This document shows, piece after piece, positions 33,115 through 41,684 of a stretch of DNA of 64,000 nucleotides. The translations under genes were made by a program, and so were the position numbers. The number at the start of each line of letters is the position of its first letter. The stretch's first letter is position 1. The notes under the pieces were generated by a model. It saw only the letters and a program-made list of their open reading frames with translations, ran no database searches and was not told where the DNA came from. Source of the stretch: Alphaproteobacteria bacterium (GTDB taxonomy: Bacteria; Pseudomonadota; Alphaproteobacteria; MPNO01); contig OZ219866.1 of assembly GCA_964291675.2 (NCBI GenBank), positions 160,001 through 224,000 on the forward strand. The letters are read 5' to 3'.

Positions 33115-33214
33115 GTTGACGGTGGGAGCTCCCTGATGGTTCAGGGCAGGGTCTCAAAAGCCCGAAGACACGCGATCCCCATTGCGTCGGGTTCGATTCC
33201 CGCTACCTCAACCG
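33115..33214 (+). ncRNA. Irregular tRNA-like RNA (Sec/allo-tRNA-like scaffold, anticodon CAA)
   Basis: 6-bp D stem with TGGT loop, CT-CAA-AA anticodon loop, 7-bp variable arm, 4-bp T stem with TTCGATT, bulged acceptor stem of 8-10 bp. Confidence 0.7.
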
Positions 33215-33218
33215 AACT

Positions 33219-33452
33219 CTAAGTCTTTTCATAATTGGCAGATCGCAGTTCTCGAATCTCTACTCGTATCCCTTTAAGATCGGATCGCATGTCTCTTGTA
33301 ATCTCTTTGAGATCGTTTCGGATGTCTTCAGCGATCTGCTTGAGAGTTTCTCGATCGCTGTTGACTCGTCCTACCCATATTCCGATCACGACGAGGATCG
33401 CGCCAACCGAGACCGCCCCGGCGAGCTTGGCCGCTTCCTGCCAGAACGCCAT
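33219..33452 (-). CDS. Small membrane-anchored coiled-coil protein, low GC
   Basis: One TM segment (AVSVGAILVVIGIWV), then heptad-like DIRNDLKEITRDMRSDLKGIR. Confidence 0.6.
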   Translation of the reverse strand: MAFWQEAAKLAGAVSVGAILVVIGIWVGRVNSDRETLKQIAEDIRNDLKEITRDMRSDLKGIRVEIRELRSANYEKT

Positions 33453-33612
33453 ACCCAACCTCTACTCTTCGAAACTGCTTCGAGAATCAACCTAGTATAC
33501 TCTGAGTTGAGTTCGTGGGCGAAGCAAGACCACAACGCCCAGGGGCCAACGAGTATCCTCATCCCGAACCGGTCCCGCAGGGGCCGCATCGAAAGACGGG
33601 CGCCGCGCTGCC

Positions 33613-35229
33613 ATGACGGATTACGACGGCATCGTGCTCGGCGGCGGGCATAACGGGCTGATCCTCCAGGCCTACGCGGCGCGCGCCGGGCTCAGGGTGC
33701 TGACCATCGAGCGCCGGCCGGTGGTCGGCGGCGGGCTGGAGACCGCGGAGGATCCGCGCCATCCGGGCTTTCTGCACAACACGCACGGCTTCTTCCAGCG
33801 CGCGCTGACCGGGATGCCGTGGTATCGCGACCTGGAGATCGCCCGCCACGGCGCGCGCTATATCGAGCCCGAGCTCAACGTGGCGATGATGCTGGGCGAC
33901 GGCCGGTCGCTGCAATGGTGGACCGATTTCGAACGCACCCATGCCTCGTTCGCCGCGCTGTCGAAGCGGGACGCCGCCACGCTCAAGCGCTGGCACGACG
34001 CGTTCCGCCCGATCGTGCGCGACATCCTGGTGCCCGAGGCGACGTCGCCGCCCTTGCCGGCGGCCGAGCGCCGCGCGCTGCTCGAACGCAGCGCCGCCGG
34101 GCGCCGGCTGCTGGAGGCGAGCGCGCTGTCGCCGCTCGAATTCGTCGAGAGCGAGTTCACCCACCCGACCATCCAGGCGGGGCTCCTGTTCTTCAACGGG
34201 CTGCGCGAGGTCGATCTCAGGGTGCGCGGCTTCGGCCACCACATCGCCGCGCTCCTCGCGAGCACCGCGAAGGCGCAGATGACCGTGGGCGGTGCGCAGA
34301 TGCTGGCCGTCGCGCTGGAGCGCGCGGTGCGCGAGGCGGGCGGCGACATAATGGTGGCGACGGAGCCGCGCCGCATCCTGGTCGAGCGGGGCCGGGCGGT
34401 GGGCGTCGAGACCCAAGCGGGCGAGACCTTCACGGCGCGCCGCTTCGTCGCCTCCTCGCTCAACCCGCACCAGACCTTCCTCGACCTGCTGGAGCCGGCG
34501 CATTTGCCGGACGCGTGGCGGCGCAAGGTCGAGAGCTTCGCCTACAACCTGATCGCGCCGCTGTTCGCGCTCAACCTCAACCTCGCCGAGCCGCCGCGCT
34601 ACAGCGCCGCCGATGCCGACCCCGCGCTGGAAAAACCCTTCATGGTCATCATGGGGCTCGAACACGTCTCGCAGTACCCTGAGATCGTGCGCCACCACGA
34701 GGCCGGGACCATCCCGCCGACGGTGATGTGGGGCTGCTGCCCGACCCAGTTCGACCCCTCGCAGGCGCCGCCCGGCCGGCACACCGCCTTCATGTGGGAG
34801 AAGCTGCCCTACCGGCTCGGCGGCGATCCGGCGAGCTGGGACGCGGCGAAGGACGCCCACGGCGCCGCGATGCTCGATCTCTGGCGCCGCCACGCCCCCA
34901 ACCTCGCCGACGCGGTGATCGACCGCTTCGCGCGCAGCCCGCTCGACGTCGAGCGCACGCTCCCCAACATGCGCCACGGCGACCTGCTGGTCGGCGCCTT
35001 CACCAACGGCCAGATCGGCGCCGACCGGCCGTTCCCGGGCGCCGGGCGCTACCGCGCCCATCTCGACGGTCTCTATCTGTGCGGCTCGGCCTCGCACCCG
35101 GGCGGCAACGTCACCGGCCTGCCGGGCTACAACGCGGCCCAGGTGCTGCTCGCCGATCTCGGCATCGAGGCCGGCTGGGCGCCGCCCCCGATCGCCGACC
35201 GGCTGGCCGCGCTGGGGGATGCGGAGTAG
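33613..35229 (+). CDS. Phytoene dehydrogenase-like FAD oxidoreductase (COG1233)
   Basis: GGGHNGL, GLYLCG..SHPGGNVTG.PGYNAA. Confidence 0.88.
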   Translation: MTDYDGIVLGGGHNGLILQAYAARAGLRVLTIERRPVVGGGLETAEDPRHPGFLHNTHGFFQRALTGMPWYRDLEIARHGARYIEPELNVAMMLGDGRSLQWWTDFERTHASFAALSKRDAATLKRWHDAFRPIVRDILVPEATSPPLPAAERRALLERSAAGRRLLEASALSPLEFVESEFTHPTIQAGLLFFNGLREVDLRVRGFGHHIAALLASTAKAQMTVGGAQMLAVALERAVREAGGDIMVATEPRRILVERGRAVGVETQAGETFTARRFVASSLNPHQTFLDLLEPAHLPDAWRRKVESFAYNLIAPLFALNLNLAEPPRYSAADADPALEKPFMVIMGLEHVSQYPEIVRHHEAGTIPPTVMWGCCPTQFDPSQAPPGRHTAFMWEKLPYRLGGDPASWDAAKDAHGAAMLDLWRRHAPNLADAVIDRFARSPLDVERTLPNMRHGDLLVGAFTNGQIGADRPFPGAGRYRAHLDGLYLCGSASHPGGNVTGLPGYNAAQVLLADLGIEAGWAPPPIADRLAALGDAE

Positions 35230-35338
35230 CGTCCTTCGATACGCCCCCTTCGGGGGCTACTCAGGATGAGGGAGGGGTGTGGGCGGCCGAGAACTTCCCT
35301 CATCCTGAGTAGCGGCGAAGCCGCGTATCGAAGGACGC
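35229..35338. repeat. REPIN-like composite palindrome, family A
   Basis: gcgtccttcgatacg-hairpin-ctactcaggatgagg..cctcatcctgagtag-hairpin-cgtatcgaaggacgc. Confidence 0.85.
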
Positions 35339-37689
35339 GCCCCGGCCACCGCCTCCAGGATGGCCTCCGGCGTGATCGGCAGGCTCGTCACCCGCGCGCC
35401 GAGCGGGCGCAGCGCGTCGTTGACCGCGAGCAGGATCGCCGCCGGCGCGCCGACCGTGCCGGCCTCGCCCGCCCCCTTGGTACCGAGCGCGGTCTCCTCG
35501 ATCGGGGTCTCGACATGGCCGACATGGATGTCGGGCAGCCCCGCCGCCATCGGCACCAGGTAGTCGACGAAGCTCGCGTTGAGCATCTGGCCGTCTTCGT
35601 CGTAGCGGCACTCCTCGAACAGCGCGCCGCCGATCCCCTGCACCACCCCGCCGCGGATCTGCTCCTCGACCAGCAGCGGGTTGACGATGCGCCCGCAATC
35701 CTCGACCACCCAGTGGTCGAGCAGGCGGATCTCGCCGGTCTCGACATCGACCTCCAGGGAGGAGCCCTGCACCCCGTTTGCCAGCGCGAAGGGCGCGGCG
35801 TCGGGGACGTAGTGGCGGGTCGCCGCCAGCTCGGGCTGCACCCCGGGCGGCAGCATGTCGTGGCGGAAATGGCCGATGCGGGCGATCTCGGCGAGCGCGA
35901 TGCGGGCCTCCCCGCTCGCCCGGTCGCACACCGCGCCGCGCGCGAGCGTGAGCGCGGCGGGGTCGGCCTGGAGCATGGAGCCCGCAAGCTCGAGGATGTT
36001 GGCCCGCAGGGCGTCGGCGGCGCGCCACGCCGCCTCGCCGCCGATGGTGAGCCCGCGCGAGGCCCAGGCGCCGCCGCCATAGGGCGCGGACGCGGTGTCG
36101 CCACCGACCACGCCGACATCCGCCGCCGCCACTCCCAGCCGGTCGGCGACGATCTGGGCGATGGCCGCATGGGTCCCCTGGCCGAGCTCGATCACCGAGG
36201 TGACGCAGCGCACCGCGCCCGACGGCTCCAGCCTCACCGTGGCGCCGTCCTGGGTCGAGATGTGGGCGCCCGACGGGCCGTAATAGGCGGGACCGACCGA
36301 GGTCATTTCGAGGAAGGTGGCGACCCCGATGCCGCGCCAGACCCCGTGCCCGCGCAGCCTCTCCTGCTCGGCACGCAAATCCTCGTAGCCCATCATGGCG
36401 ACCAGCCTGTCGAGGCATCGCCGGGGGCTGAGGCGGCGGATCGCGAGCCCGCCCGGCGTCTTCAGCGGGTAGTCCTCGTCCGCCCAGTAGTTGCGCCGGC
36501 GCAGCGCGACCGGGTCGATCCCGGCCGCATGCGCCGCCCAGTCGAGCAGCTGCTCGGCCACCGCGCAGGCGATCGGCTGGCCCACCGCGCGGTACATGCC
36601 GCTCGGCGGCTTGTTGAGGAACGCGACCCTGAGCCGCGCGCCGTAATTTGCGTTGGCATAGGCGCCGGCCGCCATCATGACGGTCATCATGCCCTCGCTG
36701 ATCGGCGCGCGGCCGTATGAGCCGTAGGCGCCGAGCGAGGTCAGCGCGTCGACCGAGAGCCCGGCGATCCGGCCGTCGGCGTCGACGCCGAGCCGTGCCG
36801 TCACCCCCTGGTCGCGGGCATGCACGTCGGTGACGAAGGACTCCATGCGGTCGGCGACGTATTTCACCGGCCGCCCGAGCAGCCTGCTAACCGCCGAGAC
36901 CGCGATCTCCTCGCCGTAGATATGGAGCTTGATGCCGAACCCGCCGCCGATATCCGGCGAGACCACGCGGACCAGGTGTTCCGGGATGCCGAGCATGCGC
37001 GACAGCGTGTCCTGCTGGTGCCACGGCGACTGGTGGCTGCCATGCACGGTGAGCCTGCCCTCGCCGGGGTCGTAATCGGCGATGACGGTGCGCATCTCCA
37101 GCGGCACGCCGGTGTGGCGCGAGAACGAGAAGCTGCCCTCGACGACATGCGCGGCTGCGGCCAGCGCCGCCTCGGGCGCGCCTGCCTCGATCGTCGTCGA
37201 GAAGCAGAGATTGCCGCCGAGCCCGGGATGGACCGGCGCGGCGTCGGCATCGAGCGCGCGGTCGCGCATTGCGGCGGCGGGCAGCGGCTCCCACTCGACG
37301 AGCACCTCGTCGGCCGCGTCCTCGGCCTCGGCGCGGGTCCGGGCGATCACGGCGGCGACCGGCTCGCCCTGCCAGACGGCGCGCTCGACGGCCAGCGCGT
37401 GCTGCGGCGGCGAGACCATGCTCGGCAAGTGGTCCATCGTCCCCTGCCAGGGGGCGCAGATTGCGGCGATGTCGGCGCCGGTGAACACGCGCGCCTCCGG
37501 CACCCGGGCGAGCGCGGGCGCGGGGTCGATGTTCAGGATGCGGGCATGCGCGTGCGGGCTGCGCACGAAGGCGAGGTGGAGCAGACCCGGGAAGCGGAGG
37601 TCGTCGGCATAGCAGCCGCGGCCGACGGCGAGCCTGCGGGCGGCGCTGCGCGGCAAAGGGCGCCCGACGGCGCCCGCGGGATCAGCCAC
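35257..37689 (-). CDS. Xanthine dehydrogenase-family molybdopterin subunit; C-terminus runs into the repeat
   Basis: RSPHAHA, GGGFGIK, YRAVG, GQGT, KGAGE. Confidence 0.88.
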   Translation of the reverse strand: MADPAGAVGRPLPRSAARRLAVGRGCYADDLRFPGLLHLAFVRSPHAHARILNIDPAPALARVPEARVFTGADIAAICAPWQGTMDHLPSMVSPPQHALAVERAVWQGEPVAAVIARTRAEAEDAADEVLVEWEPLPAAAMRDRALDADAAPVHPGLGGNLCFSTTIEAGAPEAALAAAAHVVEGSFSFSRHTGVPLEMRTVIADYDPGEGRLTVHGSHQSPWHQQDTLSRMLGIPEHLVRVVSPDIGGGFGIKLHIYGEEIAVSAVSRLLGRPVKYVADRMESFVTDVHARDQGVTARLGVDADGRIAGLSVDALTSLGAYGSYGRAPISEGMMTVMMAAGAYANANYGARLRVAFLNKPPSGMYRAVGQPIACAVAEQLLDWAAHAAGIDPVALRRRNYWADEDYPLKTPGGLAIRRLSPRRCLDRLVAMMGYEDLRAEQERLRGHGVWRGIGVATFLEMTSVGPAYYGPSGAHISTQDGATVRLEPSGAVRCVTSVIELGQGTHAAIAQIVADRLGVAAADVGVVGGDTASAPYGGGAWASRGLTIGGEAAWRAADALRANILELAGSMLQADPAALTLARGAVCDRASGEARIALAEIARIGHFRHDMLPPGVQPELAATRHYVPDAAPFALANGVQGSSLEVDVETGEIRLLDHWVVEDCGRIVNPLLVEEQIRGGVVQGIGGALFEECRYDEDGQMLNASFVDYLVPMAAGLPDIHVGHVETPIEETALGTKGAGEAGTVGAPAAILLAVNDALRPLGARVTSLPITPEAILEAVAGARPSIRGFAATQDEGSSRPPTPLPHPE

Positions 37690-38161
37690 CGAAGCGGCTC
37701 TCCATCGTCGTCTCGACCGCGTCCACGATGGCGTGGTAGCCGGTGCAGCGGCAGTAATTGCCGGACAGGAACTCGCGGATCTCGGCCCGCGTCATCTTGC
37801 GCCCGGCCTCCATCATCTCGGCGGCGGTCAGCAGCATGCCGGGCGTGCAGTAGCCGCATTGCAGCGCGTTGCGGGCGATGAACGCCTCCTGCAGATCCTC
37901 GATCTCGCCCGAATCCGAGACCCCCTCGATGGTCCACACATCGGCCCCGTCGGCCTGGATGGCGAGCATCAGGCAGCCGCGCACGATCTGCCCGTCGACG
38001 CGCACCGTGCAGGCGCCGCAGACGCCGTGCTCGCAGCCGAGATGCGAGCCGGTCAGCCCGAGCTCGATGCGCAAAAAGTCGACCAGATGCTGGCGCGCCT
38101 CGACCCGCCTGGCGATCTTCTCGCCGTTGACCGTGACTTCGATGTCGGCGAATTCTTCCAT
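37682..38161 (-). CDS. 2Fe-2S subunit (CoxS-like)
   Basis: GCEHGVCGACT, QCGYCT, CRCTGY. Confidence 0.9.
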   Translation of the reverse strand: MEEFADIEVTVNGEKIARRVEARQHLVDFLRIELGLTGSHLGCEHGVCGACTVRVDGQIVRGCLMLAIQADGADVWTIEGVSDSGEIEDLQEAFIARNALQCGYCTPGMLLTAAEMMEAGRKMTRAEIREFLSGNYCRCTGYHAIVDAVETTMESRFGG

Positions 38162-38173
38162 CCTTCCGCCCCC

Positions 38174-39034
38174 TCAGCCTGAAGCGACCATGCGGTCGAG
38201 CGCGCGCCCGGTGAGCACCCGCGCGAGATGCAGCCTGGTCGCCGCCGAGGCATGGAAATTCCCGATCGGGTCGAGGTCGCCGCCGAGCGCCTCCTTGACC
38301 GCCTCCTTGACGTCCTCGGACCAGGGCTTGCCCTCGGCCGCGGCGGATGCGCCCGCGGCGAGGCGGGGCCGGTCGTCGGAGCCGAAATAGGCCAGCCGCA
38401 CGTCGCTCAGCACGCCGCCGTCCACCCTGGCGTGGCAGCACACCCCGGCCAGCGCGAAGTCGCCGTGGCGCCGGGCGAGCTCCATGAAGGACGAGCGGTA
38501 GCCCGCCCCGAGCGCCGGGATGCGGGTCTCGACCAGGATCTCGTCGTCGCCGCGCTCGGTCTCGTAGAGCCCGTTGAAGAAGGAGCGCGCGGCGACCGTC
38601 CGCCGCCCGCGCGCGCTCGCCAGCACGAATTCCGCATCGAGCGCGAGCGCGCAGGCCGGCAGCTCGGCCGCCGGGTCGGCGAGCGCGATGCTGCCGCCGA
38701 AGGTGCCGCGGTTGCGGATCGCCACATGGGCGACATGCGGCATGGCCTCGGCGACCAGCGGCAGCCGCCCGGCGACGACGTCCGAGCCCATCACCTCGGC
38801 GTGGCGGGCGAGCGCGCCGATCCTGACCGTGCCGTTGTCGAGACCGATCCCCTTGAGCGCGTCGATCCGGTTGATGTCGATCAACAGGCTCGGCCGCGAC
38901 AGCCGCATGTTGAGCGTCGGCATCAGGCTCTGGCCGCCGGCGAGGATGCGCGCCTCGTCGCCGTGCTCGGCGAGCAGCGCCAGCACCTCGTCGAGGTTGT
39001 CCGGCCGGGTATAGGCGAAGCGCGGCGCCTTCAC
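38174..39034 (-). CDS. FAD subunit (CoxM-like)
   Basis: VKAPRFAY, AGGQSL, RNRGTFGGS. Confidence 0.88.
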   Translation of the reverse strand: MKAPRFAYTRPDNLDEVLALLAEHGDEARILAGGQSLMPTLNMRLSRPSLLIDINRIDALKGIGLDNGTVRIGALARHAEVMGSDVVAGRLPLVAEAMPHVAHVAIRNRGTFGGSIALADPAAELPACALALDAEFVLASARGRRTVAARSFFNGLYETERGDDEILVETRIPALGAGYRSSFMELARRHGDFALAGVCCHARVDGGVLSDVRLAYFGSDDRPRLAAGASAAAEGKPWSEDVKEAVKEALGGDLDPIGNFHASAATRLHLARVLTGRALDRMVASG

Positions 39035-39158
39035 TGCCAGCCTCCCGTCTTCGTTGTCCGGCAGACATCGTAGCCAAGGCGGCGGTTTGGGCAAGGGCGA
39101 TGGACAGTTCGGCACCCGCCGGCCACAATTCCGCGCAAGCCGGCAAGGGAGGCGGATC

Positions 39159-39779
39159 GTGGAGATCGTCGAGGAATTCACCATCCCCGCGCGCGAGGGC
39201 CGCGCCGTCCGCGTGGAGAAGGGCCAGGTGCTCCGCATCCACCAGATCGTCGGCGGCCAGGTCGGCGACTGCGTGTTCTACAACGCCGACGACCGCCGCG
39301 AGTGGTTCCATGTCGGGCAGAGCTGGGCGACCAACGTGATCCTCGGCACCGGCACGTCGAAATCCTTCAAGCACTTCTATTCCAAGCCGCCGCGCGAGAA
39401 CGTGATGCTCACCGTGCTCGCCGACACCTGCGCCAACCACTGGGGCAATATGGGCGGGCGCTGCTCGGCCAAGCTCTACGAACGGCGCGACAACCTCGCG
39501 GTCCACCGCTCCTGCCAGGAGAACCTGACCGAGGCGCTGGCGCCCTGGGGGCTCGGCGGGGACGAGGTGATGGACGTGTTCAACGTGTTCATGAATGTCG
39601 AGCTGCACGCCGACGGCGGCTTCGCCATCCTGCCGACCGAGGTGGGCGCGGACGACTACATCGACCTGCGCGCCGAGATGAACGTGCTCGCCGCGATCTC
39701 CGCCTGCCCGGCCGACACCTCGCCCACCAACAACGGCAGGTCGGCCCCGCTCGGCATCAAGGTGTTCGCGGGGGGCTGA
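39159..39779 (+). CDS. Urea carboxylase-associated family protein (DUF1989)
   Basis: GGQVGD, SCQENL, FNVFMNV, AEM..ISACP. Confidence 0.85.
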   Translation: MEIVEEFTIPAREGRAVRVEKGQVLRIHQIVGGQVGDCVFYNADDRREWFHVGQSWATNVILGTGTSKSFKHFYSKPPRENVMLTVLADTCANHWGNMGGRCSAKLYERRDNLAVHRSCQENLTEALAPWGLGGDEVMDVFNVFMNVELHADGGFAILPTEVGADDYIDLRAEMNVLAAISACPADTSPTNNGRSAPLGIKVFAGG

Positions 39780-39890
39780 GCCCCGCCGCGTCGTTTCGAC
39801 CGGAGCGCCGGCCCAAGGTTTCGCTTGTCGAATGCTCGACGGGGCCGGATGATGCCGCTCAACCGACGATGAGGCGTCAAGGAGCGGACC

Positions 39891-40043
39891 ATGCTCTCCG
39901 TCAGTCTGCCGGCCGACGTTGAGGACCTCGAAGATCTTGAGGATCTCCATCTCGCGGAAAAGCGCTCGCGCGAAAACCGGGCCGGGTCGTCGCAGACATA
40001 CACGCTTGCGGAGGTAGAGCGCGAGCTTGGCATGGCGGGTTGA
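39891..40043 (+). pseudogene. RelB-like antitoxin with internal deletion (50 aa, absent from the ORF track)
   Basis: AAGGAG RBS; MLSVSLPADVE joined to DLEDLHLAE..TLAEVERELGMAG; the RHH helices are missing. Confidence 0.65.
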
Positions 40044-40100
40044 GTTCGACGCCGGCGCCCCCAAGGACTTGCGAGCGCAGGACCGCGAGCCGGCGGTGCG
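40027..40100 (+). pseudogene. RelE/StbE toxin 5' remnant, cut off by a family A repeat
   Basis: TTG start overlapping the antitoxin end: (M)AWRVEFDAGAPKDLRAQD, then the repeat. Confidence 0.6.
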
Positions 40101-40208
40101 TCCTTCGATACGCGGCTTCGCCGCTACTCAGGATGAGGATGGGTTGGTGCGGGCAACAAAATTACCCTCATCCTGAGTAGCCCCCGAAGGGGGCGTATCG
40201 AAGGACGC
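40098..40208. repeat. REPIN-like composite palindrome, family A (opposite orientation)
   Basis: Same arms as 35229-35338, with the two hairpins swapped. Confidence 0.85.
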
Positions 40209-40209
40209 C

Positions 40210-41475
40210 CTACCCCGCCGCGCGCGCGGGCTCGTCGGCCTCCAGCGCAGCCGTCATCGCGGCCCGGCGGGTGCGCGCCCAGAGCCAGACCAGCAGGCAG
40301 ATCGCCGCGCCGCCGATCACCGGCCATTGCAGCCCGATCCAGCTCGACAGCGAGCCCATGATCAGCGCGCCGATGGCCGGCGCGCCGCGGTTGATCATGC
40401 CGTAGAGGCTCATCACCCGGCCGCGCAGCCCGGGATCGACCGCGTTCTGCAGCAGCGTCTGCTCGCCCACCCCGACCACGATCAGGGCGAAGCCGGCGAC
40501 CGCGAGGCAGGGCAGCGCGAGCCAGAACGCATCGGTGGCGGCGAAGCCGATCAGCACCGCGCCGAGCAACGCGATGCCGGCGACCGTGGTCGCGGTGAGC
40601 CCGGCGACGGCGCCGCGCTGGGCGAGCCAGAGCCCGCCCAGCATGGCGCCGAGACCGGCCGCCGAGGTCAGCCAGGCGAGCCCCTCGGCGCCGCGCCCGA
40701 ACACCGCGTCGGCGAAGCCCGGCAGCAGCTCCAGCACCGGGCGGCCGCACAGCGCGACGATGGTGAGGATGGCGAGCATCGGCCCGATGCCGGCGTGGCG
40801 GGCGGCATAGGCGTAGCCCTCGGCGATCTCGCCCGGCATGTTGCGGATGGCGCGCGCGGCCCTGCGGCTCTCGCCGTGCTCCAGCCGGATGCGCGACAAG
40901 ACGGCGAGGAACACCACGAAGCTCGCCGCGTTGAAGGCGAACGCCCAGCCGATGCCGTAGCGGACGATCAGGAACCCCGCCACCATCGGGCCTATGAAAC
41001 GCGCGCCGTTGAAGATCAGCGAGTTGATGCCGATCGCCGCCGACAGGTCCCGGCGCGGGACCAGGCTCGGCACGATGGCGAGCCGCACCGGCTGACCGAA
41101 GGCGAGCACCGTCCCGCCCGCCGCCACCAGCACCAGCAGGATCTCGATGGTGATCGCGCCGCTCAGCGTGAACCCCGCGAGCAGGACCGCCTGGACGAGG
41201 TTGAGGGCCTGGATCGTCTTGACCGCGCTGAGCCGGTCGACCCGGTCGGCGACCGCGCCGGTGATCGGCGCCAGGAGGACGGTCGGGAACAGATCGGCGA
41301 AGGCGATGATGCCGAGCCAGGTGCCCGAATTGGTGAGCTCCCAGGCGAGCCAGCCGACCGACATGCGTTGCACCCAGGTGCCGACATGCGAGGCCACGTT
41401 GCCGGCCGAGAACAGGCGGAAGTCGCGATGCGCGAGCGCGCTCCGAATGGGGTCGAACCGGGTCGGGAACTTCAT
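40210..41475 (-). CDS. MFS transporter (paralog of 9585-10826)
   Basis: DFRLF..GTWVQR..WLAWELT, GAVADRVDR, RGRVMS. Confidence 0.9.
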   Translation of the reverse strand: MKFPTRFDPIRSALAHRDFRLFSAGNVASHVGTWVQRMSVGWLAWELTNSGTWLGIIAFADLFPTVLLAPITGAVADRVDRLSAVKTIQALNLVQAVLLAGFTLSGAITIEILLVLVAAGGTVLAFGQPVRLAIVPSLVPRRDLSAAIGINSLIFNGARFIGPMVAGFLIVRYGIGWAFAFNAASFVVFLAVLSRIRLEHGESRRAARAIRNMPGEIAEGYAYAARHAGIGPMLAILTIVALCGRPVLELLPGFADAVFGRGAEGLAWLTSAAGLGAMLGGLWLAQRGAVAGLTATTVAGIALLGAVLIGFAATDAFWLALPCLAVAGFALIVVGVGEQTLLQNAVDPGLRGRVMSLYGMINRGAPAIGALIMGSLSSWIGLQWPVIGGAAICLLVWLWARTRRAAMTAALEADEPARAAG

Positions 41476-41684
41476 CGGCGCGTCTGGGCCAGGGCGCGCG
41501 AACGATAGCAGAGCCGCGCGCAAGCGGCCAATCGGGTGCCGCGCGCGCCCGAATCCCGCAGCGACGACGGGGCAAGAAAACCCCTTGCACGGACCAATGC
41601 TACCATGAGTAGAATACCCGAGGAGACGCACTACCGTCATTTCCCCAGACATCCGGCGCATCCGACGCCGAGGAGTCCCCGATC

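Noticed and set aside
33115-33214. True tRNA-Sec (selC), since TCA appears in the loop
   Set aside because: With a 7-nt loop (CTCAAAA) the anticodon is CAA, not TCA; the T stem is 4 bp; no sel genes are nearby.
35257-39034. Aerobic CO dehydrogenase coxMSL
   Set aside because: Lacks the AYxCSFR motif and cox accessory genes.
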